Origin: Pseudovirgaria hyperparasitica
Lineage: Eukaryota
DNA length: 64,000 bases
NCBI GenBank assembly: GCA_010093815.1
Contig: ML996577.1
Strand: one strand, 5' to 3'
Shown here: in pieces, positions 48,001 to 61,900 of the stretch
Layout of the letters: each line of letters starts with the position of its first letter
Position numbering within the stretch: the first letter of the stretch is position 1
Notes under the pieces: model-generated
The model's input: the letters and a program-made list of their open reading frames with translations, nothing else
Databases searched by the model: none
Told to the model about the DNA's origin: nothing
Translations under genes and position numbers: made by a program

Positions 48001-49040
48001 ATCTCGTGTGTTGCAGGGGCCACCAAACAAAGGCAAAGCAACAGGCACAGTAGAGCCGACCTGACAACCTGACAACGGCACCCAAGCACCAAGAAAGAAG
48101 TTATGATACCGTGGACCGTGATCTAGGTCTCCATAATATATGCGCTGACAACAAAGCCCTTTTTTAGAGTGATGTGGTTCAACTAACGTTACCTTAATTG
48201 TTGATTAGGTAGCCGTAGCCGTAGCCGTAGCCTGTTCTCCCGGCGCCGGTCTTGCCTGGCTCGCCCAACTATCACCTTCAGGGCTACCTACTTTGCTACT
48301 TTGCTACTTTGTTACTTGGACACAACCCTACGAACGATCCACGCCGTCGTCACTTCATCCATCCACCTCAACCTACCTAAGGTACTACCACCTCTCTCAT
48401 ACACAACAATCCTGTCGACTCTCGTCTCTTCGACTTTCTTGTTTATACTTATACCTACAGCTCTCGCCTCACACTCGCACACACGCTCCCTCTCACACTC
48501 TCTCTCCGTCCGCTCAGCCTGCCCCGCTCAGTTGTCACACCGAATTCCGCAATTATTTAGGCCACTGCGCCCTTGCGTCCCACACGACCTTTGGCCTCAG
48601 CAATCCACACGCTCGGTCCTTTCAGCGCATTCTGATGTGTTTCCTGGACACTGCGCGACTCTTCCGTTTGCAGCTCAGCAATGCACATTGCTGATATCCC
48701 TACACCTCGTTGAGATTGCGCGCTTCGCGACCTGCGCTCCCCATATCAGGCTTCAGCCCTCAGCTCGACTCGTTACCTTAGCTGTCCGCCTCGATCCCTT
48801 TGTATACATCTACTCTGTCCATCGGTCGTCCTATACTGTGCATGCTTGAGGCTGTCTACACCCCGCGATTTCAGAGCACGCAATTGTATGTTCTTCTTCA
48901 CTTTCACGTGTCGCTTCAGTGCTGACATATAGCCTTCAGCTGCTACATCATATCTCACCGGAAGTTCCCACGGCCCTGCTCAACACCGAATCTGTGCACC
49001 TTGAAGCACATAATAACACACATAGACACAGCCCCGAGCT

Positions 49041-52000
49041 ATGGTCCCCGCTGAACTCGGTTCACGCTGTTCCGCTACCATGCCCATCAATGTGAGGCCC
49101 TACTTTTCTCAGCCTACTTGCTCTAGCTAACCCATCATAGCGCACATCTCGCTTTGGCGAGATTGGTAGTGGTGCCTCACAACTCACCAGCGAAGACTTT
49201 CCTTCTCTCGGACTGGCAAAACCTTCCACATCGAGGCCTTGGGGTCCAAATATATGGGGGCCCGGAAATATTGGTTTGAGCTCGACCACAAATCAGCGGA
49301 ACGATGCGAGACCACGAGGTACTGTTCTCCTACTGATGGTTGCGTTCTCTTTACTGACCACTGACCTCTAGAAGACGGATTCTATGCTCCCTACAAACCG
49401 TCGAACGAGAACGAAGAGAAAAAGGGCTCTGGGTCTTTGCTTGAATCTTCCGAATCTGACGCCTGGGGCATGTCAAGAGTATGGGGTCCTAAAGAGTCAA
49501 AAAATCCAAATCTCCCTCACGGCCGCAGCGCAGGTATCTCGCCCTCTCGCCCGCTCACAACGCATGCGTCGCAAGCGTCGCAGTCTTACGTGGACATATC
49601 CCAGACAGCAGGATCCCAGATGTTCTCTTCTGCGCGTCAAAACTCCAATAACCTTTCATCCAGCAACGCGGTACAAGCTCAGCTCAACCCTACATCGAGT
49701 GCATTTCCCTTTGGCCGTCAGACCGACTCTAGTCAGAATGGCCACAGATCCTACCCCCGTTATACTGAACAAGACGGTCACAATCAAAGAGCTGTAGATT
49801 CATCGAGCGGACCCTGGGCCGAAGGTCCGACAATGCATTCTCCCACGGAAGAGAGAAGAAATGTAGCAAACGTGGACTATCATCCCACGCATAGCAACGC
49901 TCCGTCACGGAGTGGTAGCCTGCCACCATCTCGTCATGGGAATGGTGCAGATACTATGCATTTCATGAGACATTCCGAGACGTACCCCTTACCACAGCAG
50001 CAACCGCTACCACCATCATCTCGTGCCCAGCATGCTACCTTTCCGCAGTCCAAGCAAACGGATAAGCGCAGTGGATCAATCCAGAGTGAAGCTGCTTTGA
50101 TCAATCTCAGACATATTAGTATTGACGATGACGGGTCGGAATCTACATTGGGACTGTCAGGCCATCGCGCCTCAGTGAGCGTCAGTGGCATTTCAACAGC
50201 TTATGACAAGTCCAATACTCGTGATCCTGGAAGCATCTACAACCACGGGTACATCTTCGACACTTCGGAACGTGACCCTAGAGGCAACGAACACCATACT
50301 GCGACTCGTTCTGATTCACTGTCTATGAATGGCAACGGAACTATGACTCCAGAAGGATTCCCAAACGGCCAGCACAATGACCCCTCAACGCAGCTGCGCA
50401 ACTGGAATTTGAACAATGGTCGCGGAGCTAATACCCCTGGTAATAGTGGTATAGGAGATTTCCGTCCCAGTCCATATGGCTCTACGCCTCACTACTCTAC
50501 TGGCGCGACTCCACCAGCGTTCGATCACTTGTATCCCTCTAGAGGGGAGCCAGCGAGCAGACTGCCCGGAAGACATTCAAATAGTTTCAATACATCGATG
50601 TTGGATCAAAGGCTCCGCAACATCCAGCAACAACAGGATCCACGGTTCACACCCGGAAACTACAGCCAACCCATGCTTGGACACGCTGCTCAGTACCGTA
50701 CACAGTATTCATATCCTTATCAGGTACCACCCACTATGATGGTACCACCGAATATGCAGATTGCCGGTATGATACCAGGCATGGAGCCTCCCCGAGGTCC
50801 TCGAGAGCTACCGGCGGATAGTGGTCGAAGTAAGATACTGGAAGAGTTCCGAATGAATAACAAGTCCAATCGGCGTTTCGAGCTGAAAGATATTTTCTCT
50901 CACATTGTTGAGTTTAGCGGAGACCAACACGGCTCTCGATTCATTCAGCAAAAGCTTGAATCAGCGAATAGCGATGAGAAGGAACGAGTGTTCAAGGAAC
51001 TCCTCGGAAATTCTTTGCAATTGATGCAAGACGTTTTCGGAAACTACGTCATCCAGAAATTCTTCGAGCACGGAGATCAGACCCAGAAAAAGCAACTAGC
51101 TAACAAGATGAAAGGCCATATGATGACACTCTCTACGCAGATGTATGGCTGTCGTGTTGTTCAAAAGGCTCTAGAGCATATCTTGACTGATCAACAAGCG
51201 TCTCTAATCAAAGAGCTCGAAGGCAATGTCATCAAGTGTGTCAAGGACCAAAACGGTAATCATGTCATTCAGAAAGCCATTGAACGGATCCCGACTGAGC
51301 ATATACAATTCATCATCAATAGTTTCACCAACCTCGTCGGAACATTAGCCATACACCCTTACGGCTGTCGTGTTATACAGCGCATGCTGGAACATTGCGA
51401 GGAGCCTGCCAAGTCATCGATCCTCCAAGAGCTTCATGCACAGGGTACAATCCTGATGTCTGACCAATATGGCAATTACGTGACGCAGCATATCATTGAA
51501 CATGGTGGGGATCAAGACAAAGAAAGGGTTCTGAACATGATCAATGCTCAGCTCATCATGTATTCCAAACACAAGTTTGCGAGCAATGTGGTCGAGAAGG
51601 CGCTAGTCCATGGGACGGACCAACACCGCCGTGCTATCATGGAGAAGCTCTCTGAGAGGAATGAGCGTGGTGAAAGCCAACTACCTGGACTGATCAAGGA
51701 CCCATACGGCAACTACGTGATACGTATGTATAACGGCACTAGGCACTTGAGCTCGATACTGACTACTGGACAGAGAAAGTTCTCGGTACTTTGAACCTTA
51801 AAGACTACGCAGACTTCCTTGTTATCTTGACACCTGAAATGGATAGAGCCAAGAAGGTTATGGCTGGGAAACACGTGCAAGCTGTAAGAGTACATCGCAG
51901 GCACATCATAGCCAAACGTTAACACCAGAGCAGGTTGAGAAAATGATGCACAGACTGGACGACAGGTCCCAAAGCCCATCAGCCACCACCCCTCCGCCCC

Positions 52001-52149
52001 TCGTGGTTGACCCACAAAGCCCGATGAGCAATTCTGTACCAAGCACAAGCAACAACAGCACTGCAGGTGACAACCATGATACTGTACAAAACTCAGCACC
52101 AAAACCATTTAAATCTTCTCCGAAGGTGGACTTCCGCAATGGAGCTTAA
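49041..52149 (+). CDS. PUF3: Pumilio-family RNA-binding protein (Puf3-like); exons ~49041/49080-49091, 49141-49318, 49372-51723, 51774-51883, 51933-52149
   Basis: Eight PUF repeats with recognition residues SRxxQ, NYxxQ, CRxxQ, NHxxQ, CRxxQ, NYxxQ, SNxxE, NYxxQ (canonical UGUANAUA binder); long low-complexity N-terminus. Confidence 0.92.
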
Positions 52150-53076
52150 TACATACATCATCTTGGATTATCTGACGGATCTCCAGCCCTAATACGATAA
52201 TCCTAAAAGTTTCTTTACAAATTCTGTTTCGGCGAATATCTATGGCGACGGTCTCGGTAAAGACACAAAAGTTTAGCACTTAGTATACGACCGACGACGA
52301 CCATTCCTTACACGAATCGATTTGACATATTTATGCATTGGCGTGTGCGGCTTGAGTTTCGAGCACGCCCGAGTGCCCGGGATACCATTTACTTGTTCCA
52401 TATTGCTTTCCAATCCCCCTCAGCTTACACATGGAGGATTTCGTGGATCGACGAAGCTCATCCATATCTAGGGAATATTTCGGCGTCTCATGTGTGTATC
52501 GACTCGTGCTCTACCTCGGCACGGTCAATTTCCTGTATTATTGCCCACTGTAGGGGACTCAGATTGATGGGCATGGTATTTGGCGGCTTTATGAGAATGG
52601 AGTAACATCCAATTGCGGAGTCCAGCATGGCATATCGCGTCACTTTACCTTGAGTGTCAAGATAATGTTTTCTGGCGTAGCGCGTGTCTGCGCACACCCT
52701 TGGTGGAATCGCCTGTCTATAGCAGATAACTGCAGATACATGAGTAAAATCATTGCAGCTTCATACAATGGTACTATGTTCGTCTCTCTAGCCGTTGAAG
52801 AATAAGGTGGCAACCTGGTGATACAATATGCGGCCCGTGCGTCGTGCTATGTGCGGCCTAGTATGCACGAATCCGACATTCACTCGTGATGTAAAAGTCA
52901 ATTTTAGCATTTCACGTATCAACAACTTGGACAGCACTTAGAATTCGCAAATACTCAAGTCCACTCAAGAGGCAGCAGCTACTTTCCGGAGATACCCAGC
53001 AAGGCTTCAAGTTTGTCCGTACGCGTCAAACCCCTACATCCACGAGGATCACGGTTGCACACGAAGAGGAATTAAA

Positions 53077-54399
53077 ATGTCTACTTCGGACAGCGCAACA
53101 CTCACAAAGCTTCCCTTTCCGCCCATCACGAAGTCACATATCATGAACTGCTCGTTTCACTCATGGTACCCCAGGTGAGCACTAAACATTGCCCCGCCAT
53201 TATCCAAGTATCCAAGTTCTAACATAGACATTAGATATCGTTCAGTCACGCCCAAAACGCGTCTGATCGCGCTCCCACGCACTTTCATCGACTATCTCCG
53301 TGCCGATGGTATTTTCTTACCACCTGACGAATCCTCTCAGCAGCGAAATGCGTGGTCTGACACAGACAGCGGGATCTTTTCGTCTGCAGAGAATGACGAC
53401 GCGCAAACTGACGATGCCGCCGATGATGACGACCCATCAGTAGAATGGCCCCAGGTCCATGACGCCATCCGAAGTACTCTGCAAGAGTTTGCAGGGAAGG
53501 GTGTGATGCCGAAGCTCAACTGGTCTGCGCCCAAGGATGCGACATGGATTGCCGCAGACAATAGCATGAAGTGCACGACACCGAATGACGTCTATCTGCT
53601 GCTAAAGAGTAGTGATTTTGTAACGCATGATCTAGAGAATGTTTTTGATGACACTGATCCTGCTTCACCACCTACAGGCCATGAGACCACGGAGGACTTC
53701 ACTTACGATACCATTCCTTACCACCTTATACTCCGCAAGTACTTTCTGATCAACCCATCGCTTGAGTTCCGCTGTTTTGTACGCCGCCGCACGTTACTTT
53801 GTATGTGCCAGCGTGACCTCAACCACTTCGAACACCTCTTTCCCGACGTGCCAGCATTCACAGAAATTATTCAGAAGTTCTTCGACACAAAGCTACGCGA
53901 TTCATTTCCAGACGAGAATTTCGTTTTTGACGTGTATGTGCCCCCACCAAAGGACCGCGTATGGCTGATCGACGTGAATCCGTGGGCGCCCCGGACAGAT
54001 CCATTGTTATTCAGCTGGCTAGAGATCCTGACTATGCCGCAGCCGGAGGTAGAGCAGACAATATGGCTAAGTATTGGTCACGCGACTGCATCAATGGCAG
54101 GAACTTCCATCAATTCCAGAGGCACGCCAATCGAGCCCGGATCTGACGTCTCCTCTGACGAAGAGGACATTTTCACACCTGAACTTCGCCTCGTGCATAA
54201 AGACGACCCGGAAGCCTACGCCTTCTCCTCACCACAGTATAGCGCGCATAAATTGCCTCGTGATGTGGTCGATGCAGCGGCAACGGCACAGAGCGATGGT
54301 GGTGGATTGCGTGAGTTTGCTGCGCAGTGGAAGGATGCGCTGGAGCGAAAGCAGCGCGAGGAGGCACTGGGCGTCGAGAGCAGCGACGACGAGGTGTAG
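53077..54399 (+). CDS. CDC123: Cell division cycle protein 123 (D123 family, eIF2 assembly factor), 420 aa (exons 53077-53174, 53235-54399)
   Basis: CSFHSWYP, PKLNWSAPKDATWI, YLLLKSSDF, EFRCFV, FVFDVY, WLIDVNPW, TDPLLFSW. Confidence 0.93.
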
Positions 54400-55633
54400 G
54401 CTGACTGTATGATGTACCTAGTATTTGGGTAGCTCGTTTTATCGAAAGCTGCACTGACCTTTGCACTGGAGTGCTTATTGTGCGAGTGTGCTGATGAAGG
54501 TGAGGATACGTATACGTATCCTTTAAGAACTTGCGAATAGGTGGATCGAAGACATGCCTACTTCGACAAGTGTGAAGGCACATCCATCGTGATGGAATAA
54601 CGAGTGTACCATCGTGCCATCTTCAAGTCCCCATTTCCCTTACAGCCCTATTCGCAAGGATTCACGATGGTCAAGCGTTTTATATGGAACTCCCGTGTTG
54701 TGAACCAATGGATTAAGCCGCGATTTAGGAGCGCAAAATTGCAGAACTCTGTCTAGTGGAGTCTGCCTGGGTTCTTCTCAATGCCGACTTCGTTCCCACT
54801 CGATGAGAAACATATCACCAAAGCTTCAAGGTCTGGTTGAAAAGCTGAATCTGTATCTAAACTACGCCGTCATATGGGTCCTGCCGTCAACAAGCTCTTT
54901 TAGACGTTGCATATCATAGTCACCGCGATATGGGACAGAACCTCTAGTTTTATATGTTATCACCACCGCACCAGAAAGTTCCATCACATGGCCTAAGATT
55001 CTATGTCCGAAGTTCATCTCCCTATTTTGCATGCATGTATAGAGCCGTACGCGTCATACGAGCGGTTTCGTTGTCTCTCTGTACGGAGAACGACATTACA
55101 CTACGCCGCATATACCACAAAGCATGGCTGGAAAGTAACACTACGTACTTTTTGACCTACTTCCTTATTCCAACTCTCATGCTTCCATAGTAACGACCCA
55201 CACCAAAGTTGGAGACTTCTGCTGAGTCATCAGAGCCCCTTTTCTTTCGACGCTTCCCGGTACGTAAACACGCAAACAAGTGTGTATAGGACGCATTCAT
55301 ATCAATATGACGGCCCGCGTGCCTTTAATTCTGAGAAAACTGTTGGATAAAGGTTTAATTTCTCGAGATCGCCTCTAGACGGCTCAATACAGCTTTCTGG
55401 GTCGCGTTTTTTAACGTCTGGTTCCCTAGCTACGCTCGGAAGCATGGGTTCGGAAGCGTGCGGTTGAGAAGCACAGATTCTTATAAGTACAGACGCAATC
55501 CTGCCATTCTTTGATCTCGTCGCGGTTCTCACAATATCACTACCACACAATTTTGAAACTTGTTCGCACAAACACACTTTTTCCAACATCTCTTCCGTTG
55601 GTAGAATATCAATAACCAACACAAAACAACACT

Positions 55634-56266
55634 ATGCGACGCTCACTAAGCATCCGGTCATCTGCCTTTGCCAGAGCAGCGTCTACTCCCAGGCCCTCCA
55701 CGCCGCCACCCCTACCAGACCGCATCCAGCCTACACGGAAGTCATGCTTGAACTCTGCGCTACGTAATCTGACGATCAGTCCTCCCAAGAACGCCGAAAA
55801 CAAACCTCCAAACACAACCGCAAATCCAAACGCCTCAACTCTCGACTCCCCCAGACAAGCACCTGCCATCTCATTCTCGGACAGCGGGAAGGCACGGGCA
55901 CGCCACACCAAAACAACACTCAAACAGCCCACAACAGCACTTCCCGTGCCTCGCCCCCGATTTCCCCTGTCCCCAACACCGTCACTCCATGAAGATTTGC
56001 AGGACGTGCGGCCTATGTCTCCAGCGCCTCCTCCCTACGCCAGCATCCTTCCCCGCCAGAGCACTAGTCGGGCTGCCTATACGCCGGACCAGGACTCGGA
56101 TGAAGACACGGACGAGAGGATACTGCAGTGGCGAGGCGGGCTGCTAAGACGAGCACGTGCTTCGTCGTCGTCGTCATCGTCACCGAAAATTCAAGCCCCC
56201 TGGCGGCGACAGGGCCCGTTGCGGGTGGTGAATGCGGATCCGGGGAGCAGCGAGAGTGGAGATTGA
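55634..56266 (+). CDS. Hypothetical Pro/Ser-rich protein, 210 aa
   Basis: Open GC-rich ORF with plausible start context (acaacactATG) and a PPPY motif; no recognisable domain. Confidence 0.55.
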   Translation: MRRSLSIRSSAFARAASTPRPSTPPPLPDRIQPTRKSCLNSALRNLTISPPKNAENKPPNTTANPNASTLDSPRQAPAISFSDSGKARARHTKTTLKQPTTALPVPRPRFPLSPTPSLHEDLQDVRPMSPAPPPYASILPRQSTSRAAYTPDQDSDEDTDERILQWRGGLLRRARASSSSSSSPKIQAPWRRQGPLRVVNADPGSSESGD

Positions 56267-56457
56267 GAGCGAGCATGAGCGGCGCGAAGGCAGTGTGCAT
56301 CTATCTGAGCTCGGAAATCATTGACATGGAAACTGAGTAGAGCAGAGAGGAGGGGCGCCTGTGGTGCGTATTGCAAACTCCTAACATCTTCCTGTGTGTT
56401 CTTTCTGACCGTCATCTAAGCAGGTTTTGCCCCTTCCATACACGAACCACACATACA

Positions 56458-56461
<4 letters not shown>

Positions 56462-56549
<88 letters not shown>
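56462..56549. repeat. (GA)n microsatellite
   Basis: ~88 bp of GA dinucleotides with one interruption. Confidence 0.98.
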
Positions 56550-57867
56550 AAGATACTCCCTTATACCACGAACCGATACACGACCAAAGCATCCCGCCAA
56601 TCCCACCTTCGACTCACCTACTACAACAATCATCAAGGGAAGATATCACATCACTGAATCACGGCACGACAGTCAGTCAGACTAGCAAACTGTCTGCCGA
56701 CGACAAAGCACTCCCTACACAATATTCCTCATCCACTCTTCCTTTCACTGGTCGTTATGTTGAAGACACCTCATTTGGGGGGGGGAACTGCATGGCGTCA
56801 AGAGATAGATGGAGCCATGATGAGATGGCGAAACAATTAAGCGGGTCGGTCGAGTGCAGGCAGTCAGCACGAAATCACTTGTATCAACAGTTGCCCCTAT
56901 ACACACACACGCACACATACAGACATTGTCCATAGTCTTCATGTTTCCCAACCAATGTAATACCCCCATAATACTATACCCACAATCAATATTATCGCAA
57001 GCCCAAATGTCCAGAATCAAGCTCAAACTACATGCTCGTCTTGATCCGTGACCCTTTAGATGAGATATTCGCATATGTATATATATATAGTCATATCGGA
57101 CGACTTCATGCATGTCGATAAAGTAGTTTCAAGTTATTTTGTGACTACAGGTTAAAATTCTTTCTTACAAGTTCACGATTGACAAGATGTACAATTTTTG
57201 CAGTACTGCAAATACTTGGAAACAAAGGGCACTTAACCCAACTTCGTGGTGAGTAGCAATATATAGCGGCCCTTGCATGTATGCATTTATGCAAGCATAG
57301 AAACGCGTACCTAAGCTATGACTACCAATCCAACATTCATCACACAGCAGGTATATATTCACCTTATTTCAAATTGTCCTCTCAGCTAGTTACATCTTGG
57401 CTACGTAGCCTTTTCCATTCCACCCATACCCGGTTCACATCGAGTCCAAAAGTAAGGGTAGCATGTGAAATCAACGCCCTACCCTCATAAAGCCAATTTA
57501 GATGACATAATAGGTATATGAAGCGGATGAAAAGAATAAACCAGCTCATAAAGATCTACAGGGAAGAGTCCCGTTCTCCATGTACAATGTGCCCATCCAT
57601 AATCGTATAAGAGCCAACATATGAGCACAAAGGTCCATCGAATGCAGTCTTTCCGGGTATATGCATGCATGATACAAAGCAAGAGACGTCGCTATTCGGA
57701 AAAAAAAAATTCAAGGTATAAAGACGACGGTTTGAAAAAAGGCTCGTTCGGTCATCGCTATTGTCACATTCCTTCCTGAGTCGCAGATGCATCGCGTATT
57801 TATCGTTGAGCTGTACAAAAGGTGTGAATAATGTGCAGAAAGATTTCTGTAATTTCGAGTGGTTCGT

Positions 57868-58889
57868 TTAGGCGGCAGCTGTAATAAGCTCTTTGGGTGC
57901 TCCCTCAGCCTTCTTCAGAAGCTCGTACGGTGGGCGCTTCACGACACCGCCGGTCACAGGGAGTTGAGTTCCAACGCCGGTAAGGTACGTATCTACGTCT
58001 CGAGCGGCCATGCGACCTTCGTTGATGCCCCTGTGGAGTTTAGTGGGTGACATGAGAACAGAATCGAATTATAACATACCAGACAATCAGTGATTGACCT
58101 CGTCGGCAATCACCAGCGGCAAAGACACCCGGTAGGTTGGTGTTGTATTTTCCCTGGGGTGTCTTGACATTCTTGCGCGCATCTTTTTCGATTTTTTCTC
58201 CTAAGATACGGTCCTCCGGGCCCAAGAAACCCATGGATAGGAGTACAAGCTCAGCAGGGAAGAACTCTTCGCTTCCCTCTTTGTGTTTCATGTCCCAGCC
58301 ACCAGACGAGTTCTTAGTCCACTCAACACGAATGGTGTTGATACCCTTGACTTTGCCAGAGCCGTCATCGACGAACTCCTTGGACATGACGCAGTATTCG
58401 CGTGGATCCTTGCCCATGTGGGTCTTGACTTCTGTGTGGCCGTAGTCGACACGGTAGATACGTGGCCATTGCGGCCATGGGTTGTCGCGAGCACGTTCGT
58501 TTGGAGGCTGCGGAAGTAGCTCAAAATTGGTGACTGACTTAGCACCGTGTCGAACAGATGTACCAATACAGTCATTACCGGTATCACCACCACCGATAAC
58601 AACAACGTGCTTGTCCTTGGCGGAGATGTACTCTCCATCGGCCAGCTCAGAGTCGAGGAGAGACTTGGTGTTTTTGTGAAGGAACTGCATGGCATAGTGG
58701 ATGCCCTCAAGGTTTCGGTTTGGAATTGGGAGATCGCGGGCAACAGTCGCGCCAGTTGCAATGACGACTGCATCATTCTCCTCGCGCAACGAGTCAAGAG
58801 TGATATCTCCCTCACCTACAAAGACTCCAGTGACGAAAGTTACGCCTTCGTCGGCTAAGAAATCTACGCGGCGCTGCACAACCTTCTTG

Positions 58890-58921
<32 letters not shown>

Positions 58922-61900
58922 TAGGCCACCAACGCGGTCAGACCGCTCGTAAACGGTGACCAAATGGCCAGCTTTGTTGAGCTGGTCAGCGCAGGCAAGA
59001 CCGGCAGGACCGGAGCCAATAATTGCGACTTTCTGACCACTGCGGTATTTGGGGGGTGTAGGTACCATCCATCCCATTTCGAAACCTCGGTCGATGATGG
59101 CGCATTCGATAGACTTGATGCCGACTGGATCTTCGTTGATGCCAAGAACGCAAGCACCCTCGCAAGGAGCTGGACAAACACGACCAGTAAATTCCGGAAA
59201 GTTATTTGTCATAAGCAAACGATTGAGAGCATCCCTCCATTGGTTTTGGAACACTAATTCGTTCCATTTCGGAATGATGTTGCTAATGGGACAGCCGGAG
59301 TCAGACTGGCAGAACGGGACGCCACAGTCCATGCATCGGGCAGTCTGGTACTTGAGCTCATCCATATTTAGACGGCTTGAAAGCTCCTGCCAGTCGCGTG
59401 TCCGAGTCTTCGGGTTACGGTACTTCTCAGAGCGGCGGTGGTATTTCATAAAGCCACGCGTCTTGTCCAAGACGAGGGCCGATCGCTTCTTCTCCGCCTT
59501 GGCATCCCCAACGCTCTCTTCAATGTCCAAGAGGTCATTCTTCTTCTTCTCTTTTTCTTGAGCGGCGTGTTCCTTGTCACGAGATTCTTGATGAATCTCA
59601 CGTACCTTGTTACCAGGTAAGATTGGCAAAGGATAAGCGGCCTTTCTTGCCTCTTCAGCCTTCTTAGCCTCCTCTTCCATGACACGCTTGTAGTCGGTAG
59701 GCAACACCTTAACAAAGCGAGGTAGGGCTCTTGTGAAGTCAAGAAGGATGCGTGCAGCAAGCTCAGATCCAGTGTAGTGATGGTGATCCTCGACCAGACC
59801 ACGCAGAAATGCAATCTCCGTTGGATCCTCCAGACTTGAAAGCTCAACCATCTCCTGATTGACTTTGCCCTCGAAGTCGTGGTGCATGTCGAGAACATAG
59901 GCGATACCACCCGACATACCAGCAGCAAAGTTGCGTCCGGTAGAGCCAAGGACAAGTACGCGACCGCCGGTCATGTACTCGCAACCGTGATCACCAACTC
60001 CTTCAACGACCGCTGTCACGCCAGAGTTGCGCACGGCGAAACGCTCAGCCGCGACTCCGCGGAAGAAACACGTTCCGCTGGTCGCGCCGTATAGACACAC
60101 GTTTCCGATGAGTACATTCTCCTCAGCCTTGTACACAGCAGATCTGGGTGGGTAAACAATGAGCCTACCACCGGACAGGCCTTTGCCAACGTAGTCATTG
60201 GCGTCACCCTCTAGCTCTAGAGTCACACCAGGTGCCAAGTACGCACCGAACGACTGGCCGGCCGAGCCCCTGATGTTTGCATGAATAGTATCCTGCGGTA
60301 GACCAGCTTCACCATAGCGTCTGCTAATCTGGTAAGATAGAGTCGCCCCCAGGGCGCGGTCGGTGTTGACGACGTCACATTCGATGCGGACTGGTAAACC
60401 TTTCTCAAGTGCGAGCTCGGACTCGGCAATCAACTTGTTATCGAGGCGGATGTGTAGCTTGTGGTCCTGCTTGCGAACGTTGTACGTGGCAACACCTGGT
60501 CGGAGAGTGTGTGCAGGAGTGAGGATGAGAGAGAGATCAATGTTCTCGGTCTTGGCTGTGCGAAGGTCATCTCTGACGCGTAGCACGTCGCAGCGACCAA
60601 CCATCTCGTTGACGGTGCGAAAGCCAAGCTTAGCCATGATAGCTCGGAGTTCATTGGCAACGTAGTAGAAGAAGTTGATGACATGCTCCGGGGTACCAGT
60701 GAACTTCTTGCGCAGTTCAGGATCCTGAGTAGCAATACCAACGGGGCATGTGTTCAAATGGCTGTACTGTGTCAGTATTTATCAATGTGCACGCTCGTAT
60801 ACGAATCTTACCATTTACGCATCATGATACAGCCCATAGCGATCAATGGTGTAGTGGCAAAGCCCCATTCCTCGGCACCAAGCAGGCAGGCAAGAGCAAC
60901 GTCACGACCGGTGCGGAGCTGGCCGTCTGTCTGAACAATAACACGACCACGCAGATCGTTCAGCACAAGAGTTTGATGAGTTTCCGCAAGACCAAGCTCC
61001 CAAGGTAGACCGGCATACTTGATACCTGTCCATCTCGAAGCGCCGGTACCACCATCGTGACCAGAAATGAGAATGTGGTCGGCCTTGGCCTTGGCAACAC
61101 CCGATGCGACAATACCAACACCAGTCTCGGACACAAGCTTGACAGACACACGAGACCGGGGATTAGAGCACTTTAGGTCATAGATAAGCTGCTTCAGATC
61201 TTCAATCGAGTAGATGTCGTGATGTGGTGGCGGTGAGATCAGACCCACGCCAGGAGTGGAGTGACGCGTCTTCGCAATGGGACCGGAAACCTTATGGCCA
61301 GGAAGCTCACCACCCTCACCCGGTTTAGCGCCCTGTGCCATCTTGATTTGAAGTTCATCAGCATCGGCAAGATAGTTACTGGTAACACCGAAACGACCAG
61401 ACGCGATCTGCTTGATGGCCGAACGCATCGTGTCGCCATTCTCCATCCGCAAGCTACGTTCCGCGTCTTCACCACCCTCGCCGGTGTTGGATTTGCCTCC
61501 GAGACGGTTCATAGCCACAGCTAAGGTCGAATGGGACTCCATGGAGATTGAGCCGTATGACATGGCACCAGTGACGAACCGGCGAACAATTTCAGTCCAG
61601 GGTTCGACTTGCTCGATAGGTACAGCGGCACGATCTTCAAAGTCAAAGTCGAGAAGACCGCGAAGCGTACAGTCTTTGATTCGCTCGTACTCAGCGATCG
61701 AGTATGCCTCATATGACTTGTCGTTCTTGGAGCGTACGGCATCCTGTATGTTTGCAATGGCAGTTGGGTCGTTGACGTGAGGTTCACCGCCGTCTCTCCA
61801 GTGGTACTCGCCAGTCTCGGCCAGGCCCGGAATCTCAACGATAGACTTGGACGGATAGCCCTTCTCGTGGAGGGCGAATGCGTCTTGGGCAATGAGCTCG

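Noticed and set aside
48293..48849. 133-aa and 182-aa ORFs upstream of PUF3
   Set aside because: Non-ATG starts and CT-rich composition typical of a promoter or 5' UTR.
56371..56685. ER/RE/LS-repeat ORFs
   Set aside because: Translations of the (GA)n microsatellite.
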